The notes under the pieces are model-generated. The model was given only the letters and a program-made list of their open reading frames with translations, ran no database searches and was not told the DNA's origin. Below, piece by piece: positions 25,865 through 32,867 of a stretch of DNA of 32,867 nucleotides; the first letter of the stretch is position 1, and every line of letters begins with the position of its first letter. Source of the stretch: an uncultured Clostridia bacterium. Its GTDB lineage: Bacteria > Bacillota > Clostridia > Christensenellales > UBA1242. The stretch lies in contig CALWFA010000003.1 in assembly GCA_944377465.1 (NCBI GenBank), positions 1-32,867 of the forward strand, read 5' to 3'. Position numbers and translations under genes: made by a program.

Positions 25865-26443
25865 TTATAGTCTCTCCATATATTCGCCTGTACGAGTGTC
25901 TACGCGGACTCTGTCGCCTTCGTTTACGAATAATGGCACCTGAATGACATATCCCGTCTCTAATGTAGCTGGCTTACCACCCGACTTCGCTGTATCGCCA
26001 CGCACGCCTGGCTCCGTCTTCGTAATAGTGAGCTCGACGAACATAGGTGGCTCGACATTGATAGGTTGACCATTATAAAACTGTACTGTACAGTTCGTAT
26101 TCTCGATCACGAATCTCAATGCGTCTTCCACCATATCCTTATTGAATGGTATCTGATCGTATGTCTGATTGTCCATAAAGTAATACAGATCACCTTCATT
26201 GTATAGATACATCATCTCTTTTCTCTCTATTGCAATATCGTTGATCTTTTCAGATGGGTTAAAGGTCCTTTCTATCACTTTGCCCGTCAAGACATTTTTA
26301 AGAGTGGTACGCACGAATGCCGCACCCTTTCCTGGCTTCACATGCTGAAACTCTACTACTAAATATAAACTAGGACGCTTAGGATCTGTAGATGACCCAT
26401 CGTCAAAAATAACACCTTTTCTAATATCTCCTGCTGTAATCAT
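25865..26443 (-). CDS. efp: Translation elongation factor P
   Basis: [51 protein letters not shown] and DTRTGEY. SD AAGGAG. Confidence 0.98.
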   Translation of the reverse strand: MITAGDIRKGVIFDDGSSTDPKRPSLYLVVEFQHVKPGKGAAFVRTTLKNVLTGKVIERTFNPSEKINDIAIERKEMMYLYNEGDLYYFMDNQTYDQIPFNKDMVEDALRFVIENTNCTVQFYNGQPINVEPPMFVELTITKTEPGVRGDTAKSGGKPATLETGYVIQVPLFVNEGDRVRVDTRTGEYMERL

Positions 26444-26465
26444 TATATCTCCTTATCTATTTAAT

Positions 26466-26494
26466 ATTATATCATATATTTGTAATTTTGCCAA
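26466..26494 (-). promoter_or_regulatory. sigma-A promoter of efp
   Basis: TTGGCA-17 bp-TATAAT with extended TG. Confidence 0.8.
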
Positions 26495-26499
26495 CTAGT

Positions 26500-27351
26500 T
26501 CAGCCTAAAAAAGTCGACATTTTAGCTTTAAAATTGGACACATTAATGATAGCAATAGTATCTTGTTCGTCATTTAACTTATACATGCCATCATTTAAAT
26601 CTGTCCGAATGGTCTGTCCATTCAGTAATCTCAATCTATCTGCTTCAGTGCAATCAAAAACCTTATAATCAAGGCAATCATCAATCTTCCATATGAAATC
26701 GTCGATATTTTCTGGCGTCAAATCTTGAATAGTGACCGACTGATCGATAGTAAATCTTCCCACTTGAGTTCGCGTTAGTTCTATCATAGTAGCCAATGAA
26801 TCTAGTTTGTCTGCCATATCTCTACCTATCGACCGAATATATGTGCCCGAGCCACAATCAATTTTAATAGTCAAAATATGATCAGTATAATCGATTATTT
26901 TGATATCGTAAATGGTCACTTTATTTGGTTTTAAATCAAAATCAACATTCTTTCTAGCTAGATCATACGCTCGCTTCCCTTCGATATTTTTTGCACTAAA
27001 TTTCGGTGGTATTTGAGCGATTTCACCTATGAAAGTTGGGATGATCTTTGCTATATCCTGAAGTGAAGGAATAGTCTCTGTATTCTCAATAATTTTACCC
27101 GTAGAATCTAGCGTATCTGTACTATACCCGAACTCGAATTTTGCGATGTATGACTTTATCTTTTCCTGCATTATGTCAAATAGTTTTGTCGCTTTACCAA
27201 GAGTGATGAGCAAAACTCCTGTTGCCATTGGATCTAGCGTGCCTAGATGACCTACTTTTTTGATCTTTGCAATATGTCTAACCTTATTTACTACATCAAA
27301 ACTGGTCCAATCTTTTGGCTTATTTATTACTAAAATACCTTTATTCTTCAT
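26500..27351 (-). CDS. truB: tRNA pseudouridine(55) synthase
   Basis: INKPKDWTSFDVV, KVGHLGTLDPMATGVL, TDTLD..G, QIPPKFSAK and CGSGTYIRS. Confidence 0.96.
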   Translation of the reverse strand: MKNKGILVINKPKDWTSFDVVNKVRHIAKIKKVGHLGTLDPMATGVLLITLGKATKLFDIMQEKIKSYIAKFEFGYSTDTLDSTGKIIENTETIPSLQDIAKIIPTFIGEIAQIPPKFSAKNIEGKRAYDLARKNVDFDLKPNKVTIYDIKIIDYTDHILTIKIDCGSGTYIRSIGRDMADKLDSLATMIELTRTQVGRFTIDQSVTIQDLTPENIDDFIWKIDDCLDYKVFDCTEADRLRLLNGQTIRTDLNDGMYKLNDEQDTIAIINVSNFKAKMSTFLG

Positions 27352-27706
27352 CGTCTGACTCTGTGGCGTATTTAATAGTCTTCAATATATCCTCAATTCG
27401 CTGTGATTTGTCCATAGAAGTGTCTTGGATAAACTCTAACCTAGGTGTGATGCGCAACTTCACTTTTTTAGAAAGCTCACCACGGATAAAGCCTCCTGCG
27501 CCTTTTAGCCTAGCCACGACCTCAGCTGTAGGTGTATTACCCATTGATGTAATATATACGCGAGAGTACGCTAGATCTGGTGTAGTATCGACATGTAATA
27601 CACTAATTAATGCGTCGATCTGCGGATCACGGATATTATTATCAATTATAGCTTGGATGGCAGCTGCTATCTCACTATTGATCCTTTCTAATCTAACATT
27701 CTTCAT
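27341..27706 (-). CDS. rbfA: 30S ribosome-binding factor A
   Basis: RLERIN, IRDP, V.TTPDLAYSRVY, GFIR.EL and LRITPRLEFIQDTS. Start ATG 27706 overlaps the infB stop (TAATG). Confidence 0.96.
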   Translation of the reverse strand: MKNVRLERINSEIAAAIQAIIDNNIRDPQIDALISVLHVDTTPDLAYSRVYITSMGNTPTAEVVARLKGAGGFIRGELSKKVKLRITPRLEFIQDTSMDKSQRIEDILKTIKYATESDDEE

Positions 27707-30183
27707 TATTCTTCTATCCTTTTTAGAGTGTAACACTCAATTCTATCCCCGACTGCTACATCATCATAAGTGGTCTTGATACCACATTCTCTATCTTTGC
27801 CTGCTTCTTTGACATCATCTTTTACAATCTTCAGAGATTTAATTTCTGTATCTGCTATTAAGTCATCACCTCGATAAATTCTCGCATGCTCTCCGCGAAC
27901 AATTTTACCATCTCGCACCATTGAGCCAGCGATGATACCTGCGCTACTGAGTTTAAATACCGCAATGACCTCTGCTCTACCTAAATAAACTTCTTCGTAT
28001 TTAGGCTCTTTCATACCCTTTACGACACGCTCAATCTCATCTAGTAATTCATAGATAATCTTGTACGAATAGATCTTGATCTTCATTCTATCTGCTATGG
28101 TCTTTACTTTACTATCTTGACCTACATTAAAGGCTATTAGCATAGCATTAGAAGCATTAGCGAGTATCAGATCACTTTCACTGACAGGACCGACTCCACT
28201 ATGCAGAATATTTATCTTTACTTCGTCATTTGTTAGCTTACCTATAGAAGATTTAATAGCTTCTAATGATCCATGGACATCAGTCTTTAATACAATATTT
28301 AGTATCTTCAGATCTTTCTCACTCGTCTTTTGTATTAGATCCTCTAGTGTATTTCCTCCACTATTTTTGATTAATTCTTCTTTCTGCTTTGCTTTTCTTT
28401 CTTCTACGATTTGCTTTGAAAGTTTCTCGTCCACTACCGTAAAGGTCTCGCCAGCATTTGGTACTTCATTAAAGCCAAGTACCGAAACAGGCATAGAAGG
28501 TGTAGCCACCTTGACCGCTTTATTATTTTCATCAAACATCGCCCTTACTTTACATAGGCTGATGCCTGATATGATTGTGTCGCCTATCTTTAATGATCCG
28601 TCTCGAACTATGAGAGACGCGACCGCTCCTCTGCCCTTATCTAGCCTTGCTTCCAAGATTGTGCCCATTGCTGGCACATTTGGATTTGCTTTCAGATCTT
28701 GCATATCTGCGACTAATAATATCGTCTCTAATAATTTGTCTATGCCTTCACCTGTGTGTGCTGAGATCTTACATATAATAGCATCTCCACCCCATGCTTC
28801 AGGTAGGACATTGTGTTCTGCTAATTGTTGCATCACTCTGTCAGGATCAGCCTGTGGCTTATCCATTTTGTTGATAGCCACGATCATAGGTATTCCTGCA
28901 GACTTTATGTGATTGATCGCCTCTACAGTCTGTGGCATGATACCGTCATCTGCTGCTACTATAAGGATCGCAATATCCGTGACAGATGCTCCCCTTGCTC
29001 GCATAGCAGTAAACGCCTCGTGTCCTGGAGTATCGATGAATGTGATATATCTATTATTTACATTTACTCTGTACGCACCGATTGCCTGTGTAATACCGCC
29101 CGCCTCGCTTAATGTCACTTTGGTCTTTCTGATATAATCTAGAAGACTGGTTTTACCGTGATCTACATGTCCCATTACTGTCACGATCGGAGGACGAGGC
29201 TGTGCATCAGAATCATCATACGAGCGAATATTCTTCTGCAGATCTACGAGCTTTTCTTCGCCCGTTTTGTCTAGCTTTTGGATCAGCTCTACACCCATGT
29301 CAGACATGACTAATTCTGCCGTCTGGAAGTCTACCACTGAGTTTATAGTAACCAACATGCCAAGCTGCATGAATTTCTTTATTATTTCGCCTGCAGGTCT
29401 ACCGCTGACTTCTGAGAGTAATTTTACTGTAATATTGTCTGTAGTAAGGATCGCCGGACCCTGTGGTCGCTCGACTTTAGGTGCTACCACCACCTCTTTC
29501 TTCTTCGGACGGATACGACGATTAACCATTCTATCTTCTATGTTCTCTTCATCGATCATTCCGCGCTTTAATAGGTCCCGCTTGCTATACTGACGCTTCT
29601 CTTCATGCCTGTCGTTATCTTTCTTTTTATTTGCAAAGTTTCGCGCTGGACTAGCAGTGATCACAGGCTGAGCATAATTTATAGTCGGTCGCTTGCTTTG
29701 ATTATCCTTATTAAATGGAGGTTTAGTGCCTGGCTTGAAATTATTTTTATTGAACGGTTTGTTTTGATATTGACCTTGAGTGTGCTGATTATTAAATGGT
29801 CGTTTATCTCTATTGAAGTTTTGATTTTGCGGATATTTATTGTAATTATTGCTATTATTTGGTCGCATCTGATTGCGATTTTGCATATTCGGCGATTTTG
29901 CCTTTACAGTATTTGATTCAGGAGCTTGACTAACTTCTTGCTTTTGAGGCTCTGTGACTACAGGAGCTGGGATCTCTTGAGTCTTTTCTTCTTGCTGAGC
30001 TGGCTTACCTATCTCTGCCATTAATTTGGACTCTTTTTCCTTTACGGCGCGAGTCAGATTCACCATTTCAGTCTTGAGGTTGTAAAAATTCTCGGCAAGT
30101 GAGATAAACAACTTGTCGTTCACCATTGATTGTAATTGTTTGATAGATTTATTGAATTCTTGATTTCTTGTTTCGTTAGCCAA
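27706..30183 (-). CDS. infB: Translation initiation factor IF-2
   Basis: [57 protein letters not shown] and ECGI. One recognisable IF2N repeat (ITVKLLSE...IIKKFMQLG). Confidence 0.98.
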   Translation of the reverse strand: MANETRNQEFNKSIKQLQSMVNDKLFISLAENFYNLKTEMVNLTRAVKEKESKLMAEIGKPAQQEEKTQEIPAPVVTEPQKQEVSQAPESNTVKAKSPNMQNRNQMRPNNSNNYNKYPQNQNFNRDKRPFNNQHTQGQYQNKPFNKNNFKPGTKPPFNKDNQSKRPTINYAQPVITASPARNFANKKKDNDRHEEKRQYSKRDLLKRGMIDEENIEDRMVNRRIRPKKKEVVVAPKVERPQGPAILTTDNITVKLLSEVSGRPAGEIIKKFMQLGMLVTINSVVDFQTAELVMSDMGVELIQKLDKTGEEKLVDLQKNIRSYDDSDAQPRPPIVTVMGHVDHGKTSLLDYIRKTKVTLSEAGGITQAIGAYRVNVNNRYITFIDTPGHEAFTAMRARGASVTDIAILIVAADDGIMPQTVEAINHIKSAGIPMIVAINKMDKPQADPDRVMQQLAEHNVLPEAWGGDAIICKISAHTGEGIDKLLETILLVADMQDLKANPNVPAMGTILEARLDKGRGAVASLIVRDGSLKIGDTIISGISLCKVRAMFDENNKAVKVATPSMPVSVLGFNEVPNAGETFTVVDEKLSKQIVEERKAKQKEELIKNSGGNTLEDLIQKTSEKDLKILNIVLKTDVHGSLEAIKSSIGKLTNDEVKINILHSGVGPVSESDLILANASNAMLIAFNVGQDSKVKTIADRMKIKIYSYKIIYELLDEIERVVKGMKEPKYEEVYLGRAEVIAVFKLSSAGIIAGSMVRDGKIVRGEHARIYRGDDLIADTEIKSLKIVKDDVKEAGKDRECGIKTTYDDVAVGDRIECYTLKRIEE

Positions 30184-30475
30184 TATTAATCTTCTCCTTA
30201 TTAGTAATGATAGCTTTTGATAGACTTTCGTCCATAATTCCTATTATTTTTATATCTTTTATATTAGTCAAAGTCTCTAGTAAAGGCTCGGTAACAATCA
30301 TCTCACACTGCTGTCGAGTAGCGATATTTTTTGCCAAATTTTTAAGATTCTCACTAGCTGTAGAACAGACTAAAATGAGATGTATTTTATCCGTCGCACG
30401 CTTTAAGTGTGACTGACCAATGATTACCTTTTTTGCTTTGATAGCAAAGCCGATATAACTAATGATTTTGTTCAT
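30176..30475 (-). CDS. ylxQ: L7Ae/L30e family RNA-binding protein (YlxQ)
   Basis: IGFAIKAKKVIIG, ASEN and IGIMDESLSKAI. Lies between ylxR and infB. Confidence 0.85.
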   Translation of the reverse strand: MNKIISYIGFAIKAKKVIIGQSHLKRATDKIHLILVCSTASENLKNLAKNIATRQQCEMIVTEPLLETLTNIKDIKIIGIMDESLSKAIITNKEKINIG

Positions 30476-30716
30476 ATTCTCCTAATATGTCATAAATTTC
30501 GTTGCCAACATTCATTTTGAATACTTTGTTTAAGAGACGCTTTTTTATCACGATCCTAATACAGTCACCCGACTTGCACATGTACGCTCCTCTGCCGTCT
30601 AATTTATTGTTTTTATCCAGATAAAGTTTATCATCAATTTTAGCTATTCTGAGGAGTTCACTTTGTTGTTTCGTCTCACGACAGGCGATACATCTTCTAT
30701 CATACTTGATATGCAT
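30459..30716 (-). CDS. ylxR: YlxR/RnpM (DUF448) family protein
   Basis: RRCIACRE.K....LLRI and GRGAYMC....C. Lies downstream of nusA. Confidence 0.92.
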   Translation of the reverse strand: MHIKYDRRCIACRETKQQSELLRIAKIDDKLYLDKNNKLDGRGAYMCKSGDCIRIVIKKRLLNKVFKMNVGNEIYDILGEYEQNH

Positions 30717-30724
30717 ACTTCCCC

Positions 30725-31846
30725 TTAATCAATATCGTCGAAAAAGTCGTCATCTAGTATTATATTAGCACTGCCCGCATTTACTATATCGTTTGATTTT
30801 TTATCTGTAGCTGTAGCATTAGGCTTCACATCTATCTTATAGCCAGTAAGCTTTGCTGCTAATCTTACATTGTGCCCGCCTTTACCGATAGCAAGTGAAA
30901 GTTTGTTTTCTGGGACGAGAACATTTGCTACTCCTGCTGCCGTATCGACGGTGATCTCACTGACTTCTGCTGGACTTAATGCTGCTACAATGTAATCTGC
31001 AGGATTCTCGCTATAATTAATTATATCGATCTTCTCGCCATTTAATTCTTGTATTACAGGGTTAATTCTAGCGCCCCTATTACCTATACATGCGCCTACT
31101 GGATCAAGGTTTGCTACAGATGTCGTCACAGCTATCTTAGTGCGGAGACCCGCTTCTCTCACGATGCCTACAATAGATACCTCTCCGTTATTTAGCTCAG
31201 GCACTTCCATTTCGAGTAATAGACGGACGAAATTCGGATGCGTCCTAGTGACCTGTACTACAGTACCTCTGAAATCATCTCTGATCTGACGGACATATAC
31301 TTTTACTTTGTCTCCCGGCTTGAAATCGTCAGTAGGAAGCATGTCGCGTTTAGTGAGCAGTCCTTCTAGAGTAGTACCACCTATTTCTAAATAGACATTG
31401 CCTGCGTCGATACGCTTGACATTCGCCACTATTAATTTCCCTTCTTTTTCAGCAATATCTTTATATACTGACTGTTTTTCGATTTCTTTGATCTTTTGAG
31501 TGATGACCTGCTTTGCCGTCTGCACTGCTATACGATTAAAGTCCTTTGTGCTCTCTTCCTGCATCACTAAGTCTCCGATCTTATATGAGTGCTTGATCTG
31601 ACGCGCATCTTCGAGACTGATTTCTTTTTCTTCATCTTCTACATTGTCTACGACCGTTCTGTATGAATATATCTTTATCGTATTTTTCTCTGGGAGCAGT
31701 TTTACCTGCGCATTTCGAGCTTCACCGTTATTCTTCTTATACGCTGCAGTGAGCGCTTGCTCTAGAGCCGCGATGAATACATCTTGATTGATTCCTTTCT
31801 CTGCTTCTAAATCTTTTAACGCTTCAAAAAAGTCTTTATTTACCAT
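30725..31846 (-). CDS. nusA: Transcription termination/antitermination factor NusA
   Basis: EKGI, AYKKN, RIAVQTAKQVI, an S1 domain, REAG.RTKIAV, DPVGACIG..G.R, EKIDII and LSLAIGKGGHNVRLAAKLTG. Confidence 0.98.
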   Translation of the reverse strand: MVNKDFFEALKDLEAEKGINQDVFIAALEQALTAAYKKNNGEARNAQVKLLPEKNTIKIYSYRTVVDNVEDEEKEISLEDARQIKHSYKIGDLVMQEESTKDFNRIAVQTAKQVITQKIKEIEKQSVYKDIAEKEGKLIVANVKRIDAGNVYLEIGGTTLEGLLTKRDMLPTDDFKPGDKVKVYVRQIRDDFRGTVVQVTRTHPNFVRLLLEMEVPELNNGEVSIVGIVREAGLRTKIAVTTSVANLDPVGACIGNRGARINPVIQELNGEKIDIINYSENPADYIVAALSPAEVSEITVDTAAGVANVLVPENKLSLAIGKGGHNVRLAAKLTGYKIDVKPNATATDKKSNDIVNAGSANIILDDDFFDDID

Positions 31847-31857
31847 TGTCTTCTCCT

Positions 31858-32310
31858 TTAAAACTCTATATATGGTGTAATATATGCTATATCTACATTA
31901 TTTATAGTGATATTCTCATTATCAACACCAAACATTGTCGATTCTTCATTCCTGCCTAATAGAGTCGCTACGAACTCTTTTCTACCGTCAATCTTTTTAT
32001 ACAATTTTACATTCACACGCTGACCCTCATATCGCTTGAATTGCCAGTCGTATTTCAGTGGACGGTCCAGACCATAAGATGACACATCTAGGGCATATTG
32101 CTCATCTGCAGTCGGATTGAGCTCTTCTATCGTGTCGTTTATTAGGTCATTGACCTTCACACAGTCGTCGATGCTGACTCCACCCTCTTTGTCAATGTAG
32201 ATCACGAGATGCATACCGTCTTGTCTCTTGACATATTCCACTTCTACTAGCCTAATATCGTCTTTGAAAAGTGGCTTAATCTTCTCATACACTAATTCAG
32301 AAACTTTCAT
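31858..32310 (-). CDS. rimP: Ribosome maturation factor RimP
   Basis: LVEVEYV, LVIYIDKEGGVSIDDC and YALDVSSYGLDRPLK. Start moved to ATG 32310, which follows SD AGGAG. Confidence 0.95.
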   Translation of the reverse strand: MKVSELVYEKIKPLFKDDIRLVEVEYVKRQDGMHLVIYIDKEGGVSIDDCVKVNDLINDTIEELNPTADEQYALDVSSYGLDRPLKYDWQFKRYEGQRVNVKLYKKIDGRKEFVATLLGRNEESTMFGVDNENITINNVDIAYITPYIEF

Positions 32311-32331
32311 AACTCTCCTATAAATTAATTT

Positions 32332-32352
32332 AGGAGTGGCTCTGCCACTCCT
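32332..32352 (-). promoter_or_regulatory. rimP leader hairpin
   Basis: AGGAGTGGC-aga-GCCACTCCT 9-bp stem between the promoter and the rimP SD. Resembles the conserved GAGTGG/CCACTC hairpin found upstream of Firmicute rimP. Confidence 0.7.
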
Positions 32353-32365
32353 TCTAGTCAATATT

Positions 32366-32394
32366 ATTATATCACATTATAATTTATTAATCAA
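32366..32394 (-). promoter_or_regulatory. sigma-A promoter of the rimP-nusA-infB operon
   Basis: TTGATT-17 bp-TATAAT with extended TG. The -35 overlaps the upstream gene's stop codon. Confidence 0.75.
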
Positions 32395-32867
32395 TAGTTT
32401 TTCATCAATTTTATAAAAACTTTTGCAGTGGCGGTAGCATCATTGATTGCTCTATGAGCGTTCTCTAATACTACATTCAATTTTTCTACAATAGTAGACA
32501 ATTTATAATTTTTGAGCCCTGGCAATTTTTGCCTAGCTATTTCTAGTGTGTCCATTAGCTTATTGTCAAAATTATAGGACAATTTCTTTGCCATATTATA
32601 TACAAAAGAGATATCGAATTGAATATTGTGGGCTACTAGAGTCGTCCCATAGCAAAATTTATAAAAATCTGGCATTACATAATTAATAGTCGGAGCATCT
32701 GCGACCATACTATCATCTATCCCAGTCAGCTCTACTATCTCTTTAGGAATATGTCTAGATGGCTTTACGAATGTCGAAAATGTCTCTACTATCTCACCCT
32801 CTTTTATCTTGCAAGCGCCAATCTCTATAATCTCATCTTTCGCAGGCTCTAATCCTGTCGTCTCTAG
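32391..32867 (-). CDS. 3' end of a protein terminating in a PolC-type DEDDh 3'-5' exonuclease domain (5' part lies outside the window)
   Basis: The frame is open to the window edge: LETTGLEPAKDEIIEIGACKIKEGEIVETFSTFVKP...IPKEIVELTGIDDSMVADAP...LVAHNIQFD...DTLEIAR...HRAINDATATAKVFIKL. Stop TGA at 32391-32393. Confidence 0.9.
   Translation of the reverse strand, partial: LETTGLEPAKDEIIEIGACKIKEGEIVETFSTFVKPSRHIPKEIVELTGIDDSMVADAPTINYVMPDFYKFCYGTTLVAHNIQFDISFVYNMAKKLSYNFDNKLMDTLEIARQKLPGLKNYKLSTIVEKLNVVLENAHRAINDATATAKVFIKLMKNY

Noticed and set aside
20089-30416. Numerous plus-strand ORFs opposite xseA, asp23, the spoIIIA genes, rbfA, infB and ylxQ
   Set aside because: They are antisense shadows of conserved genes with no family motifs.
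8053-32361. Longer N-termini in the ORF track for miaB, rpsT, nusB, spoIIIAF, spoIIIAA, rbfA and rimP
   Set aside because: The extensions run through promoters, terminators or upstream genes. Downstream ATGs match the family N-termini, SD positions or both.
1-32867. Alternative genetic code or programmed frameshifts
   Set aside because: Conserved motifs in IF2, ProRS, MutS, NusA and EF-P translate normally with code 11. TAA, TAG and TGA all act as stops, and no gene appears split.
1-32867. CRISPR array, IS elements, prophage, defence systems, rRNA, T-box or metabolite riboswitches
   Set aside because: I saw no regularly spaced repeats, transposase, phage or Cas genes. Intergenic gaps are short and mostly explained by promoters, terminators and one tRNA.

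Overview
A low-GC (roughly low-30s % by eye), gene-dense core-chromosome segment from a spore-forming, Clostridia-like Firmicute, with almost all genes on the minus strand. Read in the direction of transcription (right to left), it contains: the 3' end of a PolC-type DEDDh exonuclease gene; the rimP-nusA-ylxR-ylxQ-infB-rbfA-truB operon; efp; a complete spoIIIAA-AH operon; asp23/gls24-nusB-xseA-xseB-proS; an unknown membrane protein; tRNA-Glu(CTC) (+); comEC-holA-M48 peptidase; rpsT (+); murI-glmS; a class A PBP (+); and miaB-mutS-mutL-miaA-ynbB. I saw no prophage, IS, CRISPR array or defence island, and no self-contained novel multi-gene system. The best leads are modifications of core machinery: (1) the gene at the usual polC position stops right after its proofreading domain, with no polymerase core following; (2) at least four, and up to six, genes have a promoter -10 box almost abutting the ATG and no Shine-Dalgarno, suggesting frequent leaderless translation; (3) IF2 has a non-canonical N-terminus with an N/Q-rich tract; (4) SpoIIIAG lacks most of its beta-barrel insertion; (5) EF-P has a 7-residue insertion; (6) MutL and MutS motifs deviate from consensus; and (7) hfq and the glmS ribozyme are missing from their usual positions. 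All family assignments come from recognising motifs by eye, and no database searches were run.
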